Assembly: GCA_031281225.1 (NCBI GenBank)
Contig: JAITFQ010000103.1
Coordinates: forward strand, 1 to 62,607
DNA from: Chitinispirillales bacterium
GTDB lineage: Bacteria > Fibrobacterota > Chitinivibrionia > Chitinivibrionales > Chitinispirillaceae
Reading direction: 5' to 3'
Length of the DNA stretch: 62,607 bases
In this document: positions 54,066 to 62,607 of the stretch, in pieces
How positions within the stretch are numbered: position 1 is the stretch's first letter
Layout of the letters: every line of letters begins with the position of its first letter
The notes under the pieces: generated by a model
Seen by the model: only the letters and a program-made list of their open reading frames with translations
Told to the model about the DNA's origin: nothing
The model's database searches: none
Translations under genes and position numbers: made by a program

Positions 54066-55700
54066 ATGGGAGCGAGGTTTTCTTTTGTCAGGACGATATG
54101 TTTCTGTGCCGCCGTTGTTCTTGCATTAACGTCCGCGTCTGCGGAACTGAAGCACAGAACCGAGGCAGATGACAGTACCGAAGACTCACGGGAGGTATCC
54201 ACGGGTACAATTTCTGGCGCGGGCGGCGATGTGGCTGTGGACGGGACGGTCAATTTTAGCTTCACGCCCAACACTACCGCTCTGTGGACATTCGTCACTT
54301 CCAATAACGGTAACAGCGACCCGTATCTGTGGCTGTACGACGCGGACGGGCAGCTAATTGCCCAGGACGACGATGGAGGCGAAGGCAACAACGCGCTGAT
54401 TATTATGCTGCTTACAGGCGGAACACAGTACTCCGTCCTCGCCGGGTTCTACGGCAACGGAACCGGGGCCTACAGGCTGAACGTATCAAGCTCGCCGCTA
54501 ATCGTAGACACAATTCCGAGTGCGGGCGGCGAGGTGAATGTCGGGGGGATGTCCCATTTTTCTTTCACGCCCGATACTACCGCAATGTGGACATTCCTCA
54601 CTTCCGACAACGGGAGCAGCGACCCGTATCTGTGGCTATATGACGAGAATTGGCAGCTAATCACCTCAAACGACGATGGGGGCGGTAATAGAAACGCGCT
54701 GATTATAACACGTCTTGCCGGTGGAACGCAGTACTTTGTTCGCGCCGGATTCTACGGTAGCGGAACCGGGGCTTACAAACTGTCGACCTCATCAGCGCCC
54801 ATAGAGAGGCTTCCGAATACGGGCGGCGATGTGACTGTGAACAAGCAGACTACTTTTGCCTTCACGCCCAATACTGCCGCAATGTGGACATTCCGCACTT
54901 CCGATAACGGTGACAGCGACCCATATCTGTGGCTATACGACGCAGATTGGCAGCTGATCACCCGAAATGACGATGGGGGCGGCGGTAGCAACGCGCTGAT
55001 TACAATACCGCTTGCCGGCGGAGTACAGTACTTTGTCCGCGCCGGATTTTTCAGCGGCAGAACCGGAACCTACAAGTTGAACGTATCAGGCTCACAGTTA
55101 TCCACAGATACGCTTCCGAGCGCGGGCGGTAATGTGAATGTGGATGGGGAGACTTTTTTTACTTTCAGGCCCAATACTAACGCAATATGGACATTCGTCA
55201 CTTCCAATAACGGTAGCAGCGACCCGTATCTGTGGCTGTACGACGCGAACTGGCAGTTGACCGCCTCGGACGACGATGGGGGCGAAGGCCGGAACGCGCT
55301 GATTATAATGCCGCTTGTAGCCGGAACGCGGTATTTTATCCGCGCCGGATTCTACGATAGCGGAACCGGAGCTTACAAGTTGAACGTGTCAAGTTTGTCG
55401 TTGTCCGTAGACACAATTCCGAGCGCGGGCGGCGAGGTGCGTGTGAGGGGGCAGGCTTTCTTTACTTTCACGCCCGACACTACCGCCAGGTGGACATTCC
55501 GTACATCCAATAATGGTTACAGCGACCCGTATCTGTGGCTATATGACGAGAACTGGCGGCTAATTGCCGAAGACGACGACGGGGGCGACGATAAAAACGC
55601 GCTAATTGTGAGACGGCTTACAGGCGGAACGCGGTATTTTATCCGCGCCGGATTCTACAATAACGAAGACGGAAAATACAGGCTGCAAACGACGAGATAG
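54066..55700 (+). CDS. secreted protein with five tandem ~100-aa PPC-like (pre-peptidase C-terminal-like) domains
   Basis: Signal peptide. Five units of F(S/T)FTPNTxAxWTFxTSxNGxSDPYLWLYDxxWQLIxxDDDGGxGxNALIxxxLxGGTQYFxRAGFYxxGTGxYxL at a 297-303-bp period. Confidence 0.75.
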   Translation: MGARFSFVRTICFCAAVVLALTSASAELKHRTEADDSTEDSREVSTGTISGAGGDVAVDGTVNFSFTPNTTALWTFVTSNNGNSDPYLWLYDADGQLIAQDDDGGEGNNALIIMLLTGGTQYSVLAGFYGNGTGAYRLNVSSSPLIVDTIPSAGGEVNVGGMSHFSFTPDTTAMWTFLTSDNGSSDPYLWLYDENWQLITSNDDGGGNRNALIITRLAGGTQYFVRAGFYGSGTGAYKLSTSSAPIERLPNTGGDVTVNKQTTFAFTPNTAAMWTFRTSDNGDSDPYLWLYDADWQLITRNDDGGGGSNALITIPLAGGVQYFVRAGFFSGRTGTYKLNVSGSQLSTDTLPSAGGNVNVDGETFFTFRPNTNAIWTFVTSNNGSSDPYLWLYDANWQLTASDDDGGEGRNALIIMPLVAGTRYFIRAGFYDSGTGAYKLNVSSLSLSVDTIPSAGGEVRVRGQAFFTFTPDTTARWTFRTSNNGYSDPYLWLYDENWRLIAEDDDGGDDKNALIVRRLTGGTRYFIRAGFYNNEDGKYRLQTTR

Positions 55701-55712
55701 CTTGTTATTTAT

Positions 55713-55817
55713 GGAATAGTACGCTGATGGCTTGCCGGCAAAACCATCATTACTGTATACAACAACACGCAGATGATTTACCGGCAAATCATCGCGGCAA
55801 CACATCAGGAGAATTTT
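55713..55817 (+). promoter_or_regulatory. conserved leader, copy 2
   Basis: Same GGAATAGTA start, same two palindromes and same 45-46-bp centre spacing as copy 1. Confidence 0.6.
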
Positions 55818-56849
55818 ATGAAAGCAAGGTTTTCTGTTGTCAGGACGGTATGTTTCTGTACCGCCGCTATCCTTGTATTGGCGGCCGCGGCCGCGGCTCA
55901 AAAGCGCGGAGGTGTCGGCGTGGCGCCTGCCAGATCCGCAGGCTCACCGGCATCCACGAATACAATTCCGCGCACAGGCGGCGAGTTAACTGTGGTCGAA
56001 CAAACCGATTTTAGCTTCACGCCCAGTAATACCGGTATTTGGACATTCCGCACATCCAATAACGGTAACAGCGACCCGTACCTGTGGCTGTTTAACGCGA
56101 ATTGGGAGTTAATCACCGAGGACGACGATGGAGGGCAAGGCAGCAACGCGCTGATTACAGTGCCGCTTACAGCCGGAACACAGTACCACGTCCGCGCCGG
56201 ATTCTACAACAACGGAACCGGGACTTACAGGCTGTCGGTCACATCAACCCCCGTAGAGAGGCTTTCGAGGTCAGGCGGCAATGTGACTGTGGACGGGCAA
56301 ACCTATTATTCTTTCACACCCAATAATACCGCTCTGTGGACATTCGTCACTTCCAATAACGGTAACAGCGACCCGTATCTGTGGCTGTACAACGCGGACT
56401 GGCAGTTGATTACCGAAGACGACGATGGGGGCGAGGGTCAAAACGCGCTGATTATAATGCCGCTTACCGGCGGAACGCAGTACTTTATCCGCGCCGGATT
56501 CCACAATGACGGAACCGGAGTTTACAGGCTGAACGTGTCAAGCTCACCGCTGACCATAGACGAAATTCCGAGAGCGGGCGGCAATATAACCGTAAACGAG
56601 ATGACCTTCTTCACCTTCACGCCCAACAGCACCGGCTCGTGGACATTCGTCACTTCCAATAACGGCAACAGCGACCCGTATCTGTGGCTATATGACGGAA
56701 ACTGGCAGCTAATCGCCGAAGACGACGACGGGGGCGACGGTAACAACGCGCTGATTACATCACGCCTTATAAACGGAACGCAGTACTTCGTCCGCGCCGG
56801 ATTCTACAGCAACGGAACTGGTAAATATACGCTGCAGGTGTCGAGATAA
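55818..56849 (+). CDS. secreted protein with three tandem PPC-like domains (paralogue of 54066..55700)
   Basis: Start at MKARFSVVRTVCFC (ATG 55818, CAGGAG upstream). Three DPYLWL(Y/F)(D/N) units at 56073, 56370 and 56673. Confidence 0.75.
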   Translation: MKARFSVVRTVCFCTAAILVLAAAAAAQKRGGVGVAPARSAGSPASTNTIPRTGGELTVVEQTDFSFTPSNTGIWTFRTSNNGNSDPYLWLFNANWELITEDDDGGQGSNALITVPLTAGTQYHVRAGFYNNGTGTYRLSVTSTPVERLSRSGGNVTVDGQTYYSFTPNNTALWTFVTSNNGNSDPYLWLYNADWQLITEDDDGGEGQNALIIMPLTGGTQYFIRAGFHNDGTGVYRLNVSSSPLTIDEIPRAGGNITVNEMTFFTFTPNSTGSWTFVTSNNGNSDPYLWLYDGNWQLIAEDDDGGDGNNALITSRLINGTQYFVRAGFYSNGTGKYTLQVSR

Positions 56850-56868
56850 TATAATTAACCGGTAAATC

Positions 56869-56897
56869 GGGCGGCAACGAATTGCCGCCCTGTGTTT
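56869..56897. terminator. bidirectional intrinsic terminator
   Basis: GGGCGGCAA-cgaa-TTGCCGCCC (9-bp stem) followed by TGTGTTT. Lies between convergent genes. Confidence 0.7.
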
Positions 56898-56904
56898 ACG
56901 TTGT

Positions 56905-58206
56905 TTACCGGCCCGGCGTTCCGTACAAATTCGTCGTCCCGTCTACCAATGTTGCCGGCGTTATTGGCGTGGCAAACCAGTTTTTGCCAAAACTGTTGTC
57001 GATTGCGTTGTATTTGTCTTTTGACAACTGGATCGACCGGCGCGCCGATGTCGCCATCGTCGGCCAGCCGAGCGTGTTGCCGGTGCCGGCGAAAATCACC
57101 CGGTCGATCACCGTGCCGTCCGTGCGCCTTATGGTTATCCAGTTGCCGCTTGATGTGATGGGCAAACCGCCAGTCGCCGATGTGTAGATATCCGCATACG
57201 GCGACGCCTGGCGCCCGATTACCAAATAGCCGTGCGCCGCTACCGTCACGTTTTCAAAACTGCGCTGGGTGCCGTCTACGTCGGTCGTCAGCGTTTCAAA
57301 AAACAGTTCGCCGTCCGTGGTATTATACAATTCTATATAATTATCGTTGCCCGCGCTCCACATTATTTCGGTGATAACAAGTTCCCCCGTTTCTTCAACT
57401 ATCGATTCCGGATCGCGGCGGTTGTTGCTGAAATCATACGCGCCCGTGGTGACACCGGGCATATACATTGTCACATCAACCTCGATCATACCGTTATTCT
57501 CAAAAAATTGCAGCTCAATTGTGTTATCGCCGCGGGCGTCAAACCTTAGTTCATGGTTAGCGATATAAACCGTATCGCCGGCCCCGTTAAGAATCGTTAC
57601 CGCTAAAATTCCTTCCGTGTCGTGCGGGATGTTGTCGACGCTCAGGTAGGTACGGGCCGCCCTCGCTACCGTATTTTGCGAAATAACCGCCCCGTCAAGC
57701 GTGGTAAAGGCCGCGTGCACCGTACTGATGTTCGTTCCCAACCCGGCAAACTGCAAATAGATCGACCCCGCCGCCGGAATAAGCGTAGCGATAACCGGCA
57801 CGACCTTCCCAACCTCGGTAGTCACTATCCGGCTTTCGACCGAATCGATGTGGGTCACACTGCCGTCTCTGCCAACCGCCCAAATCTCAATCTGGAGATT
57901 CCTGCCTACTGGCACCCTTGTGACCGTGTCGACGAGTGTCGGTCTGGAAAGATCGATCCTGCGGCTGATTCTTACTGGCGTGAGGTCATCGCCGCTGAAC
58001 TCCAAAACGATGCTGTCGGCGACGGTTTCATTCACCGCGCCTACCGTCTGCGCTTTGGCAAGAGGGCGGTTGATAACACGCGCCCTGATCTCGATCGTCC
58101 CGAACTCTTCGCCGGCGACGGGGTTGGAATTTTTGACGCAGGAGAAAAACTGCGGCAATGAAACAAAAACGGCAACAAAAAACGCACTACGAAAAAAACG
58201 CAGCAT
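56905..58206 (-). CDS. lamin-tail-domain (LTD) containing lipoprotein
   Basis: Lipobox FFSC. C-terminal LVITEIMWSAGNDNYIELYNTTDGELFF...GYLVIG matches the LTD pattern. Confidence 0.6.
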   Translation of the reverse strand: MLRFFRSAFFVAVFVSLPQFFSCVKNSNPVAGEEFGTIEIRARVINRPLAKAQTVGAVNETVADSIVLEFSGDDLTPVRISRRIDLSRPTLVDTVTRVPVGRNLQIEIWAVGRDGSVTHIDSVESRIVTTEVGKVVPVIATLIPAAGSIYLQFAGLGTNISTVHAAFTTLDGAVISQNTVARAARTYLSVDNIPHDTEGILAVTILNGAGDTVYIANHELRFDARGDNTIELQFFENNGMIEVDVTMYMPGVTTGAYDFSNNRRDPESIVEETGELVITEIMWSAGNDNYIELYNTTDGELFFETLTTDVDGTQRSFENVTVAAHGYLVIGRQASPYADIYTSATGGLPITSSGNWITIRRTDGTVIDRVIFAGTGNTLGWPTMATSARRSIQLSKDKYNAIDNSFGKNWFATPITPATLVDGTTNLYGTPGR

Positions 58207-58376
58207 AAAACGCCCCCTTCTTTGGAGGTTAAGGTTTTTAATTGATTTGAAAGAAGAGTAAGCGGCGGAGAGGAGGCAGAAGCGGGGCTGCCAGAAAATA
58301 GCCGCGGATGAAGCAGAACCATAAATATAATTAATGGCAAGCGGTAAAGGTTAAAATCAAAAAAATTTTATCAAAA

Positions 58377-59861
58377 TTAAATCCGCTTCAAAAACCTCGA
58401 AGGGACAAAATTCATCGTCCGGCCGTAAAATTGTTTTTTGGCTACGGTGATGAAAAATAAAAAACGTTCGGCGCGTGTCACTCCAACGTAAAAAAGACGC
58501 AGTTCTTCCTCGACATCGCACGGGGCAACGATTTTTGCCTTTGGCCTGACTATCGCTCTGAGCAGGTCAGTCCACGTATCTATGCGCGTTTCTTTGGGGG
58601 GTTTGTAGTGGGGAAATACGGCTTCTTCAAGGTCGCATAAAAATACTACCGGATATTCCAAACCCTTGCTCGCATGGACGGTCATGAGTTGCGGGGTATC
58701 CTCGCCGGGCAAATTTATGTTTTTATAGTGATTGGCAACGGTTGTCAGTGTGTCGTTTAAACGGAACAGCATCGCCATTTTGCCAATTGGAATATTTTCC
58801 CTGCGGCGGATGAACCGCGCCTTGCCGATCACCCACTCAAGCATCTGCTCCTGCGTTCCGAAGCGCATGGTTTGCGGTTTGCCGCATCCGGTAGGCGGGG
58901 CAGATAATCCGCTGACAAGCGTCTTTCTGTACTCCGCCGGCTTGTCAACCCAAAGCCTGTTCGCGCAGTTGAGGATTACCGGAATACTTCGGTAGTTGAT
59001 CTGTAATTTTATAATACTTGCATCCTTGAAGCGTGTTGTAAAATTCATTATCGTCCTGATGTCCGCGCCTTGAAAACCGTATATCGCCTGATCGTCGTCC
59101 CCCACGGCGTAGAGCGTCGCGCCTGAGGCGAGCAGGGCGTCGAGCAGGTCTATCTGTATGGGGTTCGTGTCCTGAAACTCATCGACCAAAATGGCATCGT
59201 AGCGCCCGCTCCACCGCGCCGCGATTTGGGGGTGGGTCTTAAAAAGTTCTAGACAGCCGCTTATCAGGTCAGAAAATCCCCACAGACCGCGCTCTTTGCG
59301 AACCTCGGAAAAATCACGCTCAATTTTCATCAGCAGTTCAGCCTCCTCCCCACCCCATTTTTCCAGTGCTTTTTCGGGAAACGTTCCAAGTATATTTAAC
59401 GCGCTGTCGAGTTCGGTGATGCTCATTCTCAAAGTTTTGCGCATTGCCGTCGTGCTGACCTGCGACAGAATCTCGAGGCGCTGCCTTGTTTCGAGCAGGG
59501 CCGCGTGACCGCTAAAACCTATCCTGTTGAAATTGCTCCGGCCCTCGTATTTTTCCTGTAATACCTGCAGGGCAAAGGCGTGAAATGTGGTTACGAGCGG
59601 GGCGTCTTCGCCGCCGCAGACGGGATCTAGCTTCACAAGCCTGCCCGCCATCTCCTCGGCGGCTTTACGGGAGAACGTGAGGGCGCATATACGGTTTGGC
59701 AGGATTCCCGAGCGGGTGAGGAATACTACGCGGCGCGTGAGAACCGCGGTCTTTCCGCAACCCGCGCCAGCGAGTATCAGGAGCGAGCCGCGGTTGGGGG
59801 CGGTTACGGCGGAAAATTGTTCGGGGTTGAGGGTAGCGAGCAGGTCAGCGTTCGCGTCCAT
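58377..59861 (-). CDS. UvrD/Rep-family (SF1) helicase, minimal 494-aa form
   Basis: Motifs AGAGCGKT (I), TFSRKAAEEM (Ia), ILVDEFQDTN (II), YAVGDDDQAIYGFQGA (III), INYRS (IV), TVHASKGLEYPVVFL (V), YVGVTRAERFL (VI). Confidence 0.88.
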   Translation of the reverse strand: MDANADLLATLNPEQFSAVTAPNRGSLLILAGAGCGKTAVLTRRVVFLTRSGILPNRICALTFSRKAAEEMAGRLVKLDPVCGGEDAPLVTTFHAFALQVLQEKYEGRSNFNRIGFSGHAALLETRQRLEILSQVSTTAMRKTLRMSITELDSALNILGTFPEKALEKWGGEEAELLMKIERDFSEVRKERGLWGFSDLISGCLELFKTHPQIAARWSGRYDAILVDEFQDTNPIQIDLLDALLASGATLYAVGDDDQAIYGFQGADIRTIMNFTTRFKDASIIKLQINYRSIPVILNCANRLWVDKPAEYRKTLVSGLSAPPTGCGKPQTMRFGTQEQMLEWVIGKARFIRRRENIPIGKMAMLFRLNDTLTTVANHYKNINLPGEDTPQLMTVHASKGLEYPVVFLCDLEEAVFPHYKPPKETRIDTWTDLLRAIVRPKAKIVAPCDVEEELRLFYVGVTRAERFLFFITVAKKQFYGRTMNFVPSRFLKRI

Positions 59862-59864
59862 GCC

Positions 59865-61634
59865 TTACCCCCGCCGACTCCACCATCTTCTTTTGCGTTC
59901 GGGCGGCGGCTCCTCTCTGGGGAGCGGCACGACGTCCTTCCTCCAAATTATAAACCTGTGGCCGGCTGTAACCTGGCCTCTCGCGTCGAGGCCGGCCTCG
60001 TAGTCTCTCTCGTAAATTGCATCGTTGGGCGCCATCACCAGCACGTCCTGGCGTTGCTCGAAGTTTTGCCTGTTGAATATGAAGCGTTCTACAAAACGCC
60101 CGCGGTGCGTGAACACCACTACTTCCGCCCAGCTTTCAAGGTCAACGCGCACGTAGACGTATTGCGATTCGCTAACGCCGAGTACCCGCGCAGACACCAC
60201 CACATCGCCAAGGCCGTAACTCAGGCTCGCAACCTGGCCGTAAACTTCGTGGTTTATGGATATTCCATAGGGACACCACATAGTCCTAACCTGGGCGATT
60301 GAGTCCTGCATCATGGCTATTCTTGAGGGCATTGTGGAGGCTACATTTCGCACCCTTTGCCACAATTCCTCGTCCGGCAGACGGTGAACTTTTGCGTAAA
60401 AACTGTCTACTGTCAGATCGGTCAAATCAAGCATGTTCCGGCCACCCTGATCGTTTATCGAAAAAATCGGCGGCAACACCCCCTCTTCGTGCGACGCGGC
60501 GGCGCATTCTACCCGTACCGGATTAAAACCGAGGCGGCTCTCAGTATCAAACCTGTCGGCGTAAGCCGGGGCGGCGGGGATTGATAGAAAGCGGTAAAAA
60601 CTCTTCTTGCGGACTGATATCGCCCTGTATTCCCTGTCGAGCACTCCATAATACAAGTCACCGAAGTGATCCACCACGGGGAGGAAAACGTAGCGCGCCG
60701 GTATGTATGAGGCATCATCCACGTCAATATCGTGGGGCTGTTCCTGGGCCATGCTGCCGAGCCCGTGTTTAAAAAGCCGGCTGCAATATAGCACGTTCCC
60801 GGACTGATCAATGAGCATAATCGTTTGAAAGTAGTCGCCCTGCTCGGTGCCAATGCTAACGCTGTAGAGGCCAAGATAGTACCAGCGGCCGTTTCTCTGA
60901 AACGCGCCAAGCGGCAGCATCAATTCTGTAGGGTCGCCGCAGTGCCCCTCGACCATATCTTCCCTGAATCCTGGGAAAAATGACGCGAACCGACCGTTTG
61001 TTTCCATAATTATCGGCGACGTGAAGTTGAAATTCTGGTCGGTCGACCACCAATTGCTGCCGCCCACAAGCGAGTTGTAGCCGACAAGGTGCGGCCTCAG
61101 GTTGGCCTTACGCGTGATATCTTCGGTTGTGCTACCGCGATAAATGTTAAAAGGTTCCGACTCAATATTCCTGAACAGATCCATCTCCGCCTGGGGAACC
61201 TCCTCGAATCTTGGCCTTTGCAGCCTTTTACGATACACTGCCACAGGGTCGGTTTCCGTGTAGTAGATAAGCGTTTCACCGTCAAACGGATAGGCCAAAA
61301 ACTTTTGGGGCCTGCCCGCGGCAGCAGCCCTCGTGTTCTCCCTGACGAGCGAGTGCTGCTCAATCAGGTTCCCGTGCAAATCGTACAACACGTAGCCATG
61401 CTTCGAGTAGAACAGAAGCCTGTTCCCCGACATGAACACAGGGCCGGTCAAATGACTGCGCATATCCCCCGATTGGCCTGTATGGAACAGGCTGCCCTGA
61501 TCATCGTCCGTCAAGTGTATGGTAAAGAGGAGCGTATCCGCCACTTGCGGCTGGCGCGCCTGGACGACTCCCATGAACGCGCTTACCGAAAGAAGCGCCG
61601 ACAGTACAAGCATGCTTTTGTTTTGCATTCGCAT
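59865..61634 (-). CDS. hypothetical secreted protein (589 aa)
   Basis: Sec-type signal peptide MRMQNKSMLVLSALLSVSAFMGVVQA. No nucleotide-binding motif. Its stop lies 3 nt before the helicase ATG. Confidence 0.6.
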   Translation of the reverse strand: MRMQNKSMLVLSALLSVSAFMGVVQARQPQVADTLLFTIHLTDDDQGSLFHTGQSGDMRSHLTGPVFMSGNRLLFYSKHGYVLYDLHGNLIEQHSLVRENTRAAAAGRPQKFLAYPFDGETLIYYTETDPVAVYRKRLQRPRFEEVPQAEMDLFRNIESEPFNIYRGSTTEDITRKANLRPHLVGYNSLVGGSNWWSTDQNFNFTSPIIMETNGRFASFFPGFREDMVEGHCGDPTELMLPLGAFQRNGRWYYLGLYSVSIGTEQGDYFQTIMLIDQSGNVLYCSRLFKHGLGSMAQEQPHDIDVDDASYIPARYVFLPVVDHFGDLYYGVLDREYRAISVRKKSFYRFLSIPAAPAYADRFDTESRLGFNPVRVECAAASHEEGVLPPIFSINDQGGRNMLDLTDLTVDSFYAKVHRLPDEELWQRVRNVASTMPSRIAMMQDSIAQVRTMWCPYGISINHEVYGQVASLSYGLGDVVVSARVLGVSESQYVYVRVDLESWAEVVVFTHRGRFVERFIFNRQNFEQRQDVLVMAPNDAIYERDYEAGLDARGQVTAGHRFIIWRKDVVPLPREEPPPERKRRWWSRRG

Positions 61635-61758
61635 AAGACAGCCTAAGTGATCAGGGTATCGGGATATTTTTCACGCGTATAATATACATTATTCCGTGTC
61701 GAACATCAAGCTAAAAAAATAGGGGTGCACGCACCCCCTGCCGGGCGCGGAGAAGAAA

Positions 61759-62607
61759 TCAATTGCCCCGAATATCATACGCGTAAAGATTATCCACGTG
61801 CCGAACGTAAAGAACCCCGTTGCTAACCACCGGATGCGCCCAGTATTGCCCCTTGCCGCCCTCGGGTACCGTGAACGAACTTATTTTTTCAAATCTGCTC
61901 GGCTGGGCCCTCACCAAACTCATCGTCCCGTCTTCGTCGTACAGATAGAGCATACCGCCGGCGAACGTTACCGACCCCTTGCCCGGCGCGTTCCACAACT
62001 GCCGGCCAGTCATGAAATCGAGGCAGAACCACCCCCTGCTCTCGTGGCCAGAACCGTAGAGGTGCCCGTTGTGCAGGATCACCCCGCCGTGATGATTGTC
62101 CATGAGCGGCGTCCTGTAAACCTCCTGCGCCCCCACGCCGCCGCTCCCGTCCCTGCTCAGCCTTACGAGCATAGACCCGTTGCCATAACCGCTCGACGCG
62201 AATACGTGGCCGTTGTGGTAGATCACGTTTGTGCAGTTGTCCTCGCGCTTATTTATGAACGGCACGCTCCATAAGAGCCTGCCGGTTTCGGCGTCCATCC
62301 CGTAAACAAAGCCGGAACTGTACGACATAAGCTGCCTGAACCCGCTGTCCTCCACGAGTATGAAAGAGGTATACCCCGCATCGCCGGTTTCGTTGCCCGT
62401 ATTGAAAGCGGGCGATTCCCAAATGGGCTCGCCGGTGTTTTTATTGAGGCAGACGACCGAGGCTTTTCTGCCGTACGGCGCGACGTAGAGCCTGTCCCCG
62501 TCGATAAGCGGCGATTCCGAATAGGCGTATTTTGGCACAGCCGCGTCGTATTTTTCGCTGAGGTTGACCGACCATTTTTGTACGCCGGTCTTGGCGTCGA
62601 GCGCGAC
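61759..62607 (-). CDS. PQQ-like beta-propeller repeat protein (BamB-like fold), 5' end beyond window
   Basis: Repeated xTGxxxW blades (NTGEPIWES, ETGRLLWSV, MTGRQLWNA). The frame stays open upstream of the GTG at 62538 to the window edge and reads ALDAKTGVQKWSV. Confidence 0.75.
   Translation of the reverse strand, partial: VALDAKTGVQKWSVNLSEKYDAAVPKYAYSESPLIDGDRLYVAPYGRKASVVCLNKNTGEPIWESPAFNTGNETGDAGYTSFILVEDSGFRQLMSYSSGFVYGMDAETGRLLWSVPFINKREDNCTNVIYHNGHVFASSGYGNGSMLVRLSRDGSGGVGAQEVYRTPLMDNHHGGVILHNGHLYGSGHESRGWFCLDFMTGRQLWNAPGKGSVTFAGGMLYLYDEDGTMSLVRAQPSRFEKISSFTVPEGGKGQYWAHPVVSNGVLYVRHVDNLYAYDIRGN

Noticed and set aside
54066-56849. Diversity-generating retroelement targeting the variable positions of the repeat domains
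   Set aside because: No reverse transcriptase, template repeat or Avd-like gene is present anywhere in the window.
58377-61634. Gabija-like defence pair (GajB-sized UvrD helicase plus neighbour)
   Set aside because: The neighbour has a signal peptide and no Walker A, ABC-ATPase or TOPRIM motifs expected of GajA, so the locus is not Gabija as defined. It is kept only as an unusual pairing.

Overview
Gene-dense 62.6-kb chromosomal segment, GC-rich by eye (not computed). It comes from a flagellated, diderm bacterium. The evidence for that is Omp85/POTRA, OmpA-like and beta-barrel proteins, a flaG-fliD-fliT-like operon with a sigma-28-type promoter, a FliK-like ruler gene with a FlhB-C-like gene, and a giant surface protein whose C-terminal domain resembles T9SS/FlgD-Ig sorting domains. 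I call about 54 CDS and 4 tRNAs: Glu-UUC, and a Ser-UGA/Pro-UGG/Arg-UCU cluster. I saw no rRNA, CRISPR array, transposase, integrase or phage genes. Most genes are housekeeping: trpD, prfB with its +1 frameshift, DAHP synthase, serS, valS, tsaE, rpiB, dCMP deaminase, an RlmB-like methyltransferase, beta-carbonic anhydrase and an FKBP isomerase. The window is open at both ends: a 5'-partial methyltransferase runs into an artificial-looking poly-C run at position 1, and a PQQ-like beta-propeller gene runs off the 3' edge. I found no clear-cut new defence or mobile system. The most unusual items are as follows. (1) Two paralogous secreted proteins carry 5 and 3 near-identical ~100-aa domains, and each is preceded by a ~105-nt leader with two perfectly conserved CCGG-centred palindromes. 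(2) A ~57-66-bp repeat occurs at two distant intergenic sites. (3) A 1114-aa FliK-like protein contains two internal short-period repeat tracts. (4) The flagellar cap operon lacks fliS and is followed on the same strand by two secreted-protein genes, one of them an FGE/SUMF1-like protein. (5) A minimal 494-aa UvrD-like helicase sits 3 nt downstream of a 589-aa signal-peptide protein. (6) A sensor-less Ser/Thr kinase lies inside an envelope-protein operon. All product calls rest on motifs I recognise by eye; no database search was run.
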